A stretch of DNA of 64,000 nucleotides from the human T2T-CHM13v2.0 reference genome, Homo sapiens. The stretch is from assembly GCF_009914755.1 (NCBI RefSeq), contig NC_060925.1; one strand, 5' to 3'. The notes below the pieces were generated by a model. That model had not been told where the DNA came from, ran no database searches, and saw only the letters and a program-made list of their open reading frames with translations. The stretch's first letter is position 1; the number at the start of each line of letters is the position of its first letter. This document shows positions 27,981-42,679 of this stretch, in pieces. Both the position numbers and the translations under genes were made by a program.

Positions 27981-30899
27981 CTGACGGTGAACTCCTTGAA
28001 GGCAGGGACATCTGATCTGTCTCTTTGTCCCCTGCACCTAGCACAGAGCCAGGCACACAGTAGGTACTTAGAAAAGATGGGTTGACTGAATAAGCAAATG
28101 CCTGATTGAGGCTAACTTGGTGAAATTTCAGCCTCTGAGCTGTAGGCCACGGAGACCCAGGCCCCGCACTGGAAAGTAACAGATAAAGGCATCTTTCTGA
28201 CTCGTCCTTTCAGCAATCTAATCACATGCTGCTGTCTTTTTTGCATATCTCTTGTCTTCGGTTTTGTTTTGTTGTCTTTTTTAGCTACTTCATTTTTGTC
28301 AAAAGTGTTTTTTGTTTCTCAGTTTATCTTCTGCCTTTGTCTTCCTTCTCTTCTGTTCCTTGGTCACTCTCCCCATTCCTGCCCCATTCAAGCCTCCAAC
28401 TATGGTCCTTGTCCTTCCCTGGAGTCCTTGTAGGCTTGAAAGCTTCTAGTCCCCATCCTTTATCTTGGAGCTTTTATAAAGAGTCCAAGCCATATAGATT
28501 AAGAACACAAGTGACATTTATTCATTAGATGGGCCATAGATCAAGCTTCTATATCCTGACCCTGAGTCAATTCTACCTGAATGCAGGTGGGGTGTGGGGT
28601 GAGGGACTTCCTGCCTACAAGTTGTCACATACCTGTGTAGGATGACACAGGAAAAGTCATTGCCCTCCCTGCCTCCTCATTCAGGGTCCCAGTTCCTTCA
28701 GGAAGCCTTCCTTGATCACTTAAGAAAGCTTATTCACACAACCGTTCAGCAAATCCTTATACATATTAATAGTCTAACTGGGAGATAAGGCCCCATGAAA
28801 AGTTAGGTTAGAATGTAAGCCTTAGTATAAGTGTACAAGTTACCAGATGTCACAGATATCATAGGGCCAAATCAACTGCAGATACAAGTGATTTCAAAAT
28901 GGAGATCTATATGACCCGGAGCAAGTGGTTTCTCCTCTCCAGGCCTCAATTTCCTTGGCTAGGAAACAGGGGATGGTAATGCAGACATTAGAAGGTTGTC
29001 AGCACGACTGAACAGAATAACTTTTGTAATGTTCCTCACATAGACTGGTGCATAATAGGTATTCAATAATAAATTTGATTCCTTCCCCCTTCTCTGTCTG
29101 AAGCACCAGCCTTCTACTCGCCCTGGGCTGCCAGATAAATGGTGAGATGTGACCTGGTCCATCCTTTCAGGTCAGAAAAGTATCCTAAGGACAGGATGAC
29201 TTAAGCGGTACCTGGCATGTTAGAGGTCACTCAGTGTGATAATTCACTAGCATTGTTCATGTTCCTCACCTCTGCCCCCTCAAGCTGTGGGTCTTTGAAC
29301 GAGCCTGGTGGGAACAGAGCTAATCAGCTGGCAAGTCCAGATACAAGTGTGGTCAGCTTGAGACATGGAGGTTTGTTTACCGCTGTATCTTCAGCTTCTA
29401 AAATCATGAGAGGCACACAGTAGGCACTCAAGAAACAGTTGTTGAATGAATACATTTTTTTAAAAGCCATGGAGTTTCCTTTTCCTTTCAAATAAACGAC
29501 ATAAGGGTGTGGGGAGTAGAAGGGGGAGGTGAGTAAATGACAGGGTTCAAGGGACACCAGGGCCAGGCAAATGCAGCTGCCAGGCCCACCAGCCCAGGCT
29601 CCTCTGCAAAAGGGATGCAGCAAAGTCAGCAGTGCATGTGCTCCCACTGGCAGGATGAGCAGGAGTGCGTGCACGCCTGGCTTACGGTTTAAGCTGCAGT
29701 TTACAGGAGAAGCGGGGCAAAGTGGAGACAGAGCCTGGGAAGAAAGGGAGATATCTGGGGAAGAATGAGGAGGGTGAGAGAAGAGGAAGAGCAGTGTGAG
29801 GGGGAAAAGGGAAGTGAAGAGTGTTAGAGGAGGAAAGTGAAGAGTGAAGGAAGGAGAGGAGGATGAGGGGGAGGAGGAAGAGGGGAGGCACAGGGAAAAT
29901 AGGATGGGAAGTGAGGAAGAACTGTGTTGAATTAGAGAGGGAACCTGCTGTACTAGCCTGGATGGAATTAGCAGATCTCTGAGATCTTACTGCCACTCGG
30001 TGTTTCCCCGGGAGGAGACTGCATTAGGGAGAGGGTGTGGATTTGGGGGTGTTCCTAGGTGCCAGACCCTGGGCAGACCTCAATCTCCCAGGCACTGAGG
30101 CCTTTAGTTCCATGCTTTGCAAATAATGAGGACCCATCCCAGGACCAGAGAGAGCCCTCCGCAAGAAGGAGAAGCCTGAGTCAGCACAGGGGAAGGAAGA
30201 AGGCCTAGGAGGCTCAGATCCCTAGCTCTGCCCTTCTGTTTCCATCGTTTCGCCACAACAGCACCTGGCCAGGAAAGTGGGTCAGGCCACCCACATGTGG
30301 CTTTTTCTGGTAGCCACAGGGCCCAAAGGCAAGGGGGCTCCAGTGCCCAGTGCAGAGCCCACCTCTACCCTCCATGCCCAGTGCTCTTTTTTGAAGGGAT
30401 CTTTAAGAAGCAGTGGGCAATGGGAGGAGCTCCTGGCCTTCTTATTCAGGGACAAAACGCTGGGCCAGAGCCCATCCTAGACTGGCGGGAAAGGGGGGCA
30501 CGGAGCCTGCCATCGGCCTGGGTGCATGGGGAGACCTACATCTTCCCCTATGACAGTGACCAAACTGGCAGGGAGTCACCTCTACTGCCCTGACCTAGGG
30601 AGGCTGTTCTCCTCACCACCCTAGGTCCTGGAGTTCTCAAGCAGAGGGCCTGTCAGTCCATCTCTGGCAACTGAGCGCTGTGCCCAGCCCACCCCCTCCA
30701 ACCCTGCCAGTCGCCCAGTTAGAAGCTGCGTTGGCTCCAACAGATGGGAGCTGCGGCAGCCTGAGGAACAGAGCACAAAGCCCAGCTGACATTTTCCTTC
30801 CTGTTCGTTTGGGTGGGGGAGGAAGGGTAGGGAGCACAGTGCTACCCCCGGGGCCCCTCCCCAGGTTCCGGGTCTCCTGCACCTCTTTAGCTTCTCCGC

Positions 30900-32290
30900 T
30901 CGGCCCCAGATGGAGCTCAGTTCCCTCACCCCGCGGCTCCTCGCCGGCTGGGCAGCCAGAGCCTGCGCCACCCTTTGCCAGCAGGACAGACGGCCCACCT
31001 GTGGCTGGCCAGCCCATCCTGTCTCCTGGGTCCTGCGGTGGGCTCAGAGCCACCCTTCCGTTTCCGCTTCCCCCTGACCGAGTCCCCAGGCTGAGCCCCA
31101 GGCCGGCCCATCCCCCACCCCAAAGGTCCCATCCCAGGCTGCGGTCGGACCCCAGCCAGCCGGCCCGGGAGGAGCCTAGCTCCTGGTTCCAGATACTTCA
31201 GACAGACCCAAGGCCACCTTGTCCCTCCGCACAGACTCGCGAGCTCCAAGGAGGAGAAAGTCCCCAGGCTCTGGAGCGCTTCCAGCCTGCCAGTCCGCCC
31301 GTGTCACGCCCTCCCTAACCTCACTGCCACCTCTCGGCTCCTCCACATCTCCAGGGCCCCACTCTACCCAGCAACAGTTTGGGGGAGGTTCTGGCCTCTC
31401 CAGGCGAAGGCCCAGGCGCCCTCTCCCTGGCCGCTTCTGGGCATTCTCCAGCCCTCCGTCCCTCTGCCCCTCGGCCGCCTCCCTCTCCCAAGTCTCCGGC
31501 TCCCCCGCAGGCGTCTCGGCGGAAGGCAGCGGCCGGCCCTCCTCTGGCCCCCACCCGGGTCAGGCGGAGCTGCGGTGCCGGGGCAGGAGCCAGGAGCCCT
31601 GAGGCGGCTGCTCCGGCCGCTCCCGCCGCGTACGCCTCGGCCACGCCAGCGACCTCGGTGTCCACGATTCCCCGGCGGCGGCGGCGCTGCCCAGGTCAGC
31701 CCCGAAGCTGCACACTCACCCCGTGGGCGCCGGGCACCGTCTGCCGTCTGCTGCCCGCGCGGCCGCGCTCCGCTCGCCTTCCGCCCGGGGCCGGGCTGGG
31801 GACGCTGGTCCGCGCCCTCCCGCCGCGCGCGCCGTCTGCACAGGCCGGGGAGGCTCGGCGGGCGCCCTCCCCAACGTGGAGTTATCCTGGGAGCGGCTCC
31901 AGGGCCCAGCCGGTGAGGGCGATGGCAGAATCCCAATCCGTCCCCACCCCCTCTCCGCGCCCTGGGCGCGTCGCGGCCGGAGGCTGGCGGGCGAGAGCCA
32001 GGCGCTCCTTGAGAGCGCCGCGCGTTCGCAGGTGCCCGGAGCAGGCCCTCGCGGCGCCCGGCACCCCCTCCACGCGCGCCCCTCTTCCCGGCTTCGCGCT
32101 CGCCCTCCTCACTCGCTTCTCCGCCGCTCTCCCAACCTCCCCAGCCCACTCCGGTCGCCTCCTCCCAGTCTGCATGCCACGCCAACCCCCTCCAGTCCCG
32201 CTGCCATTTTAACTCCTGAGTGGCCAGAGGCCCCCTCTACCTAACGCACACACACCCGGGAGGAAGGAGTTGGGTGGGGCCAGACGCTAA
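30900..32290. promoter_or_regulatory. CpG island / TATA-less promoter
   Basis: Very high GC and dense CpG (gcgcggccgcgc, ccgccgcgcgcgccg), core ~31380-32200, against CpG-depleted flanks. Confidence 0.95.
31720..32140 (-). other. LRRN2: Non-coding first exon (5' UTR) of a minus-strand gene, probably LRRN2; TSS approximate
   Basis: Lies in the CpG island. Strong donor GGG|GTGAGT (plus strand actcac 31714-31719). No ATG seen on the minus strand within the exon, and no coding exon in the next 31 kb. Gene identity is from recalled locus architecture (non-coding exon 1, long intron, 5S pseudogene ~22 kb upstream), not a database search. Confidence 0.75.
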
Positions 32291-35200
32291 CGCTTGAGCT
32301 GTCCTTGTGCCTAGAGACACAAGGCTTGGCTGAGAGAAGGGGCACAGCCCTTGGGTCCGGGAAGAGAAGGGTTGGCTTCTCTCATACTGCCTCGGACCCT
32401 CTTGCAAAGGCCAGGAGACGAATGGGGAATTCAGCAGCTTTGTGAGGACAGGTGCAGCTCACAGTCACAGCATGCACCTAAGATCACATTTTTGCTTTGC
32501 ATGGTGCTACCCTCCCGAAGTTAACAGTGGACTAAGGAATGTAGTGGGGTGGGTGAGAATTTGTCACTGGGCCCAGGCACCTCTCACCCTAAAGAATGGA
32601 GTGGAAGACCCCTTTAGTTGTCATGCTTTTCCAGCATTGCATCCTGAGCCGTGCAGCTCTAGCATTCTGGAAGATTCCATCCTGGCTCTCAATGAAGGAG
32701 GTCAATTTCAGTCAGGAACTGGCAGGCCCAGTTAGGGGTTTGGCTTCAGGGTTCCCCACTCTGCCAGCTGGACATCATGAAGACTGGGGGAGGAAAGTAA
32801 GAAGGTGCCAAAGGTGGGTGCTAGGCTGCTGCCTGGTGGCTTAGAAAAGCTGGGTGACTGCCACTAGAGGAGGGCAAAGGCCCAATGCCCAACACCCATG
32901 CCTTGGTGGGGACTTCAGCCTGGACCACTCAGAACAGACATCACAAACTCGGCTCCATGGCAGGCCACACCCTACTGATGGGTCTGGACCAGAGCCTGCA
33001 GAACCAACAACAGGGGAATGGATGAGGTGGAGGCCAAGGTGTGGAGTCCTGTGAGGAGTGGCTTCCCTGGGCTGCCTGCCGTCATCCAGTGCTTGAGCTT
33101 CTGGCCCTGTCTTTTCCAAGGGTACAGCCAGTGGTGACTGCCATGCCTGGTGGCTTTTGTGAAGTTGGCTTGAAGGTCTGAGTTCTGTATGCACAGAGGG
33201 GATTCTCACCTTCATATATTGAATGAGCACATATTAAGTTCCCACTAAACCACCCCCATGTTCCCACTCTCCACCCCTGCTACGGAGCATAATGGCCTCA
33301 AGGAGCTCAGAGTGACAGGTTGGAACTATATGAAACCAATTTTAATATTTCAAGGCGATGGAAGTGCCATAGAAATACAAAAAGAAACCACCTTAATGGA
33401 CTAGCATTATTCACAAAAGGTTTAACGGAGGAGCTGAGTCTCCAACTGAGCCTAGTTGGAGGGATAGGATTTGAACTGGAAGAGAATATGGGGACCAGCA
33501 AAGGCAGGAAAGTGGAGACAAGCAGAGTAGAATGGGTTGTCTGGAGGGTAGGGGGCAAGGGAGGAAAATTATAGAGCTACTATTAGATGCCAGCCTTTTC
33601 TCATCTCTGTCATCTTAGACTCTGAGTTGACTAATATCCCCTTTTAACAGACCGGGGGATGGAGGCCCAGATCGTTTAAGGCAGTAGCCCAAAATCTGTA
33701 GGCAGAATGTGAGACCTCATTTTCACAGTGCGACAATGCCACATTGAGTATACAGGGTGGGAGCAGCTGATGAAGGGCCCGAATTGCCAGGCTCAGCAGT
33801 TTATCTGTGGACCCATCCTCAGGTGATTTGGGATGAAAGAGGCAGGAGGATGGGAGACTATTGAGGTAGCTGTTGCAGGAATCTAGGAGGAGGGGAGCAG
33901 TGAGAATAGAGTAAATGCATGGGCCTTTGTAAAGAAGACTTGGCAGAACTGTAAGACTGACTGATTGAAAGGGGTCAAAACTTGACTCCAAGCTTTTAGC
34001 CTGAGCATTTGAGTCCCTTGTCGAGTCACTGGAGCCACCTTTCCAGTCTAAGGGCCAATGTCAATGTAGACAGGCTGATGGTGAAAAGGAGGACATTTTA
34101 GGAGTCCTTTACCAACTGCACGACCGGAGAGAGCACTCATGTCAGCACCCCAGCTTCCCAATAACTATGCATACTCAAGTGTCTTATCTCCTAACCAGAG
34201 GGTAAGCTTCTGGAGCCTATGACTGTCTTACACCTTAATAAGATAAGACCAGTCCTTTATAGTAGATGTCCAATAACTGATTATTGAAATAATAAATGGG
34301 ATAAATGCAAGTAACGTTCACTAAGTGGTTGATCCTGAGTGGCAAAGCCTGTGAGATGTACTAGATGAGGCATAAGGGAATTTCATCAGCTGTGAGAAGA
34401 AAATAGGGGAAGGCTTATCTTGAGCTGACTCCAAATGTCTTAGAACCCAATGAGGTTGGAGAAAGAGTGTAGCTTTTAGAGCTGGAAAGATTTGGATTTG
34501 GAACTCTACTTGTCCATTTACTCTGTCTTGCTTCAGGCAAAGTATTGAACTTCCCCAGCTCTGATTCTTTCCTGAGTAACGATATTAATTCAAGTAATAG
34601 CAGTTAACATTTATTGAGCACCTACTACATGCAAGGCAAGGTGCTAGCACATTTATGCATCATCTCATCAAAAATTTGACCAATACTAGGACTCTAGTGA
34701 TAGGAGAAAAACAAGGTTCAGTGTTTACCTAACCAGTATGTAACAGAGCTAAGACGGGAATCCAGGGTCCTCAAATGACAGAGTCCAAACACCAAGCCAA
34801 GTCTCCCTAGCACTTCTTTAGGATGAAGATAGCAATAATGGAATGGATTCATACTTATAGGTTGCTGTGAGATGTTACAGGGACTATATGGCTGGCATGA
34901 GCACAGTGGCTGGTGCATGGTATGTGGTTGACATTTTTCTCCCAACCCTGCTCCCATTGCTGCCATTCTGAGTCTCATACTTTCCTGGGAAAAGCTGCCC
35001 CAATTCACAGTCCTTTGGAAGCTCTTAGGTAATTACCCAGAGGATTTAATGGCCCTGTTATTGACCTTTCACCCTCCAAATTTAATTTCTGGGCTTGGCC
35101 ATGCATTATTTCCCACCAGGAAGCCTGGAACTCCGTGACATCAGAGTGTCTTGGGAGAGGGATGCAGGGATTACATGCTGCTAGAAATGATCCTTAGCTC

Positions 35201-35509
35201 AATTCCAGGTGGCTCTCTCATATAGGGGTCAGGATATGGAACTGGTGGGGATGCTGTTTGTGTGGTGGGGGCTGTGAGGAGAGGATGGCTCCTACTGGTG
35301 CCTGGCACATGAGCCGAATCAGAGAAGGGAGGCCTGGGATGTGGCATGGGTCACTGAGGGTCCCTCAGTGGACCCTCCACACACACGACACTGTGTGTTG
35401 TGTGCAGCCTCTGCTCAGCCTCCTTGGGAGATATGGGGTGGGGTCTGGGGAGTCAATGAGGACTGTTGTCCCCCACCAGTGACCCAACTAGGCAGAGAGT
35501 AAGGCACTA

Positions 35510-35650
35510 GAGCAGTGGACCTTGGAATCACCTGGAGAGTGTGGGCCAATGCAGGTGCTGAGGTCCTACCCCAGAGTCAGATTCTGTAGTTCTCAGAGTC
35601 TGCATTTCAGATAAACCATCCAGGGGATTCTGATTCAGGTGGTTGGATGA
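35510..35650. mobile_element. MER5-like hAT fragment
   Basis: gaatcacctggagag...tctgcattt...ggggattctgat. Confidence 0.65.
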
Positions 35651-36391
35651 CCTCACTGTGAGACAGACTGGCCTGGGGGTGCCCATTGCTCTCTGACCGT
35701 CCCCTGCCCGGGCTCCCCATGTGCAGAGCCTTGTTCTCTGGGCTATTAGAGAACAAGTGAAGGCAGAGGCAGAGGCAGAGGTGAAGGGAATGAAGCTCAA
35801 GTTTTAGGGCTTCTCGACTTGCAGGATGGTGGGGAGAGGGTGGGCTATGAAAGCTGGGAACTGTAGAGTGTCCTAGGTGAAGAGGGGAAGCCAGTTTACG
35901 AACAGGAAGCATTTTTATGTAAGGATTTCTGGTAAATGGAATGAAGAAATGTCAGGAGAAAGGGACCCTGAATGTCCAAGGCTCATGTAAATTGTTATCT
36001 TCTTGCTGGCCGTAAGTAAATATCACTGTTGTACCTAATTTTGTATTTGGAATTTTGCGGGTTTTTTCTTAAGACGGCCCCACAGAACTGGGATCTTCCC
36101 TGACCCCTGCCCTCAGGGAGCTCCCAGGATCCACAGACACCCTTGGAACACAGAAAACCGCAAAGGCAGAGAGACACACGTTGCAGATGGCAGAGCTGTG
36201 TGGAACTGCAGGGAGTCTTCAAATTTATCTTGGGTTATATTCCTGGAAAAGGCACTGCAGGTAAAAATGATGTAGGTTGAACCTGTTTTTGCCCAGAAAC
36301 AATGTGATCATAAAAATTACATTCCTCACCAATGTCCCGGTGCCCAACTTTTTATAGGCATAAGCACAAACACCACAGACACCATATTTAA

Positions 36392-37015
<624 letters not shown>

Positions 37016-37650
37016 TAAAACAGTTAAACTGGGCAATAACCAAATCCTCTTCTGTTTAACATATTCAGAAGATTCCTGAAGGAAATGCTTTAGGTAGAAG
37101 GGACCATGGGAAGGACTGGAGTGACCACCCTTCCCCCATTCAGAACCTGTATGGGCAAAAAGGGAGGCCTCAGAGGTCTGAAGCTGGGGGACAAGGGTTT
37201 TGTGCCCCATGGCACATCTGAAAACAGACCAGCCAGCCAGCACCACTTGCAAGTATATCTGGCCTACTCCGAAGTGCATGACTTTTCAGTTAAGGGCTGC
37301 CACGCATACACCAAGACTGGGGGACACTTGAGAGGGCTCTAAGAGCTGAAGTTGGAATGCCATTTGGAGTGCTGATTTAGAAAGTCTTTCTGGAGGAGGA
37401 AAATCTTGAGAAGATGCTTGAAGGCAGGACAAAATAGTTAGGCTTCCTGAGAGGTCAGTCCCAGGGACTCTCAAGCATCTTTTGAGTTGACTTTTGACCC
37501 ACCTCACTGAGACCCATCATAGGCTGTCAAGAAGACTCTGTCCCCAAGTGCCCATCACCCACACCTCCCTTCTGCTTTATTGGTTTTCAAATTGCAGGTA
37601 GAGACCCATCAGTGGGTCGCAGCAAGCACTTTTTTAAAAAAATGAAAAAA

Positions 37651-37943
<293 letters not shown>

Positions 37944-38474
37944 ATGAAAAAGAATTTTTGTTGAAATGAAAATGAAACAGGACACATTTCATGAATACTT
38001 TTTTTTCATGTAAACACGTGTGTGTGCTGAGTCATGGTGTTCAACGTATATCTTTCCAGATGTCACTATCAAGCCTTGGTTATTTATTTCCAGAGCATGC
38101 AAATAAAATACACATGGGGTATCCCATATGGTAAGAATAACATATTTGCCCAAATCCAGCCTTTTTATTTCTGTTGATTGTCTTCTTTTGTAATCAGATT
38201 CTATTCATTTCTGAACATTTCACTTCAGAAATGGTTCACAGGACAGAGAAACTGCGACTTCATGTATCCTAATCCTGTTCTTTTCTCTTTGTACTGTCTC
38301 TGACCTCTATATTTTCCTTCTTATTTTCTGTCAGAGAAGGAAGTCTTTGTGGTCTTATTTCCAATATTTGAATTAATTCCAACATAGATCTCAGAGCTCA
38401 TGGGGATGTCTAAAGATCTTTCCTAAGGTCTTTCCCAGCAGCTACTCCATGGGTCTATTTTTTTCTGTCTAAAC

Positions 38475-38650
38475 TAGTGTTTCTGAAACTGTGTGTGCAG
38501 AAGAACCACTTGGGGAATTGATTAAAATACAGACTCCTGGGTTTTACCCAGTAAGTCTCAAGTGGGGCTCACGAACTGCATTTTTGACCTTCTCCCCAAG
38601 GGATTCTGATGCAGGTGGTCCGAAGACCGTACTTGGAGGAACACTGTAAA
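38475..38650. mobile_element. MER5-like hAT element
   Basis: tagtgtttctgaaact...ctgcattttt...gattctgatgcaggtggtcc. Confidence 0.7.
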
Positions 38651-39236
38651 CCGTGGAGAAAATTCAGCTCCTTCCAGAAAGCTTTCCCCCATTCACTCTT
38701 GATTCTGGTCACGCCACTCCACTTCCCTTCTGCAGGAATAGTCTTGGTTTATGCCACTTTATGTTTATTTGCAATCATTTGCATTTTGCCTGAAAAGTTA
38801 CTTTCTCTGGGTATCCTCCCTCTCTATTAAATGATAAATTCCCCCAAAGAACTGTATCATTCATTGCTATTTCCCTAGAGTGCCCACTGGAGGGCCTTGC
38901 TCATGGCAGACTTCCCACAGACTCTACCTGCCTGGGAAGGAAGCCTCTCATCTACCCACTGCCCCTACCAGCCCCTACCTGCTGAGTGGGGATCCCCATC
39001 CAGGAGTGCTCAGGGCAGGGGGAATCAGTGTTATGTCCTGGATCAAACAGCATTGTTGATTGGGTGCTTTGGGTCTGACTTTGTCCTCTCCTCTCACCTC
39101 CTTAGGAAGAAGTGAATCGTAAAAACTATTGAGTCCAGATGACCCCCTGGGGACTGTAGCTTCATCAAGGGCTATTATATTCTTTCTTGTGTCCAGAAAC
39201 ACATCTAATAGTAGCAAAGACAGAGGGCTGAGCTGT

Positions 39237-39396
39237 AGGGCTAAAACTCGGTAAGGCAAGCTAGTTCCCCGGGGCACAAAATTTAAGGAGGCACTCACTT
39301 TGAGGCGCTGACCCTGTACTTGCAGAACCTGAGGGTTGAGTGCCTCCTTAACTTTTGGCCTAGGCACCTCCCCTGCCTCACCCTAGTCCCAGCCCC
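39237..39396. mobile_element. MER96-like palindromic hAT MITE
   Basis: cacaaaatttaaggaggcactca...tgagtgcctccttaa...cctcaccctagtcccagccc. Confidence 0.8.
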
Positions 39397-39443
39397 ACTG
39401 GGCGGCCTAAGGCAAGCATCCTGAGGCCTGGATCCAGACAATG

Positions 39444-39444
39444 A

Positions 39445-39496
<52 letters not shown>

Positions 39497-39498
39497 GA

Positions 39499-39536
<38 letters not shown>

Positions 39537-39545
39537 AAGAAAGAG
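39444..39545. repeat. (GA)n polypurine microsatellite
   Basis: Seen directly. Confidence 0.97.
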
Positions 39546-42500
39546 GGCTGAGGGAGGTGTGGCCTGGTGACAGTCTTGTTGCTAGATGAAGTGGCTCTTC
39601 AGGCAGAGGTCAGCTTGGCCCATTCTCCTGTCCATAGGAGCTGGCCTGTATGATAAGCAACTTGGTAAAACTGACCCTGAGTCCCTGAGTCTGTGCTGGG
39701 AGCGGTCCGTGTTGCCTCATCCGGTCCTGATGAGGCTCACAGTGCCTATTCCCCCAGCCAGGAAGAGGCCAGAACAAGCCTCAGGCCCATGTCCTCTGAT
39801 GCTGAGTCCACTGGTTTTGTTTCTCTTTTTGTTTTTTCCCTTCATTTTCCTTCCACAACTCTTCTGCCTTTCATGGAAAAGAGATCCCATATCCCAAGAG
39901 TCACTTGTCAAAGGGATTAAAATCTTGACTGTCAGAAAGCTCATCCTTATATTTTATTCTTATTGCTTCTCCTGCCACCAACCACATTCCTTCCTATTTT
40001 ACCCTCAGGGAACATGAAGAAGAGCCTGTCACTGGTCACTGGCCTCAGTATGTCAGCACCTGGGGACCTTTTGGTTCGTGGTCTTTTCTGTCTTCTTTTT
40101 TTCAGTCACATTAATCCATCTCCTTTGCAGAAGATTGTTCTTTATTTCCCCCCCGCCAAAAGAAGAAAAATTAAAAGAGAAGAGGAAGAAAAACAGTAGG
40201 AGAAAGAAGAGAAAAACTCCCATCTCCCTGAGCTGAGGGAGACTGACTGTCTGAAGGCAGGAGATGAGGGGGTGACCCCCAAAATGCTGGGTAGCCTCCA
40301 TGCAGGCCATGACCCTGGGCAGAGTGGGCAGGAGCTCCGCCATTGCTGTGCCTGCCCGCATAAGTGGCTCTCGGACCAAATCCCTTCCCGGGCCCCAGAC
40401 CCGAACCTCTCCCTTGGCATGTCCCAACGTGAAGGGAAGATGGTGAAGTGGCCACTGGAGAGAGGTCTCTTCCCACCTGGCTTATCTGGCTCACTCGGAT
40501 ACCTCCGCCATGGAGGAGTGGGATTTTCAGACCCCAGACGAGAGAACAGAAAGCTGAAGACTGGGGTCATGAACCCTTCCCCTCTCCTTCCCGCGGCCCT
40601 GCCATCAGAGATGGTGTGGCATCCCCATACATTGAGTCGGGTGGCTGGAGTGAATGACTAATGCATGTCATTTTCAAGCTGCTCTCTCTGAACAGGAAAG
40701 TACATTCAGATCCAGGTTTTAATTGTGTGTGATTTTAGCTGAGATGGCGTTAATTTATTTCCTTTGCTACTTCAGCGCTTCTTCCTCTTTCATCACGGTG
40801 AAATTATCTGGAATGTATCTTTTTTTTCTTAAGGACAAAGAGAAGAAGCTGATCTTGCTCCTTTTCCACTGATTGAGGTTTAGAACATTTTAGGGGCTGC
40901 CAGATGCTGTTTAGCGGGTGCTTCAGGATGGAGACCCTGTGGTCTCCTGCTGCCTACTTCCTGCTCTCCTACTACCGCATTTGGCGAAGGGAATGCTTCA
41001 TGCTGAGGGACCCCTACTGCCCAGGCCGACCCCCTGACAAATCCACCAACACGGGGGAGTTTTCAGCCAGGTCTGGCTCCAGGCAGTTTCCAAAGCAAGG
41101 GGAGCTTTCTTCCTAGCATGACCTTCAGAGAATAGCAGAACAACCTGACACTCACAAAAGACTTCTTGGAGGAAGGAGACAGCATTTCAAAGAGAGATGA
41201 GAAGAGAGGCATCTAAGGCCCCCTGACTGGTGTTCCGAAGGTTGCACTTTCTGACTTTGCATGGGAGAGGGTCTGTCAATTGAGAAAGTGCATAGGGCCA
41301 GGTGATTATGATAACCCCCCAATACAATATTTAAAATCATTTTTTCTTTTCACTCAAACTTTCTTTGTAATAAACAAAAATACTATACATACTTTTGGGG
41401 ATTCTACTGCATTTTGCTCCAGAATTTGTCCTCAGTTGAGAGTTGGTTCTTTTCTATGTCTCTGCACTAGCTAAGACCATTTTATCAAGCCTGACTTACT
41501 CTAGTTTTTATTATAAAAATTAAATTTAAATACTTTTTATTTTATTTTAATACTAATTTCAAATATAGAATTATAGCATCATGTTGAATATGCTTTTTCA
41601 AACTCTACTTAAATCCCAAATTGGAGATTCAGCTCCCTCACCCCTCCCTACTGGAGAATTGCTGAATGGCTGCCTTAATCTCTAGCACAGGAAATCAAGA
41701 AAGCATTGGCCATCTTGGGCTGAGACTATTAAAGCACCCTTTTGTCTCTTGTCCAAGTAGCTCTCCCTATTCTGTGAAATCAGAGTCTTCTTTGGTTATT
41801 CTGGCACATAGTAGGAAATTCAACAAACAAATGTTGCATAAATTTTACCCTTTTAAACTATTGTGCTGTGCCTGGCACAGGGCAGGCACCTGGCACCTGA
41901 CAAGGTGCCCAGTATTAGCCATTGTTCCTAAGGCCTTGACACCCTGCCTCATCCACATGCCCTATAACCTGCTCTGTGTTAAGAAGCTCTAGCTGGTAGG
42001 ATGGTAATTTTCCTAAGGTATCCTAGGACTTCACAAGACCGAAGTCCTCAACATCCTGATTGGCACAACTTATGATTCACCTCTAAATGTGACCACCTGT
42101 TTAGATACTGGCTTCTTTGGTTTTGGTCCGAGGCCTGTGCACATAGTAGGGCCTCAGCAAATGTTTATTGAGGGAATGAGGGAATGAGCTGGTGTCCTCC
42201 ACTTGGCAGCCCCTCCAGTCACGTGACACAGAGCCTGAGGGAGGCTGGGGCCGGACCACAAAACTCCTTAGTGAACAACTAAGCCTCTTTGATTGCGCTG
42301 TTTGTGTACAGGGCTCTGATTTACCAGTACACTATTATGGCTTGAGAATCATTCTGGGCAGCCTATCTTTCCAGCATGGTTAGAGGTTTATTGGAGGCCA
42401 GTGTCACTCTGCTGATTAAAATTTGTTTCTGAGTTCTCCGTAGGTTGCTTTGAATAGCTTTGGAGTTCACATAGCTCTTCCTTCCAATTGCCTTTGGTCA

Positions 42501-42679
42501 TGTCCCAGCTGTGTCAGCTGCAGTCTCAGTCTCTCTAGGGTGATCATTATCTGTTCCCTTCCCAGCCAGGCCCCAGCCGAGACTTAATGGACACCTCTGA
42601 CCCTGCAATGGAGACCCCCTGCCATGGTTCCCAGATGTTCCTAACTGTCCATTTACCCCCAACTGCCGTTTCTTAAAAA

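Noticed and set aside
28200-28400. T-rich stretch resembling a processed pseudogene or membrane-protein ORF
   Set aside because: Low-complexity composition; no recognisable parent, poly(A) or TSD.
30621-32244. Long overlapping ORFs (212-277 aa) on both strands
   Set aside because: Stop-codon depletion in a GC-rich island. The products are low-complexity Arg/Pro/Gly/Ala and cross the exon-1 donor.
39237-39396. Long hairpin as a novel miRNA
   Set aside because: Explained by the palindromic MER96-like MITE.
40050-40070. REST/RE1 half-site TCAGCACC (also at 34142, 48849, 50712, 61918)
   Set aside because: None has the GGACAG right half at canonical spacing.
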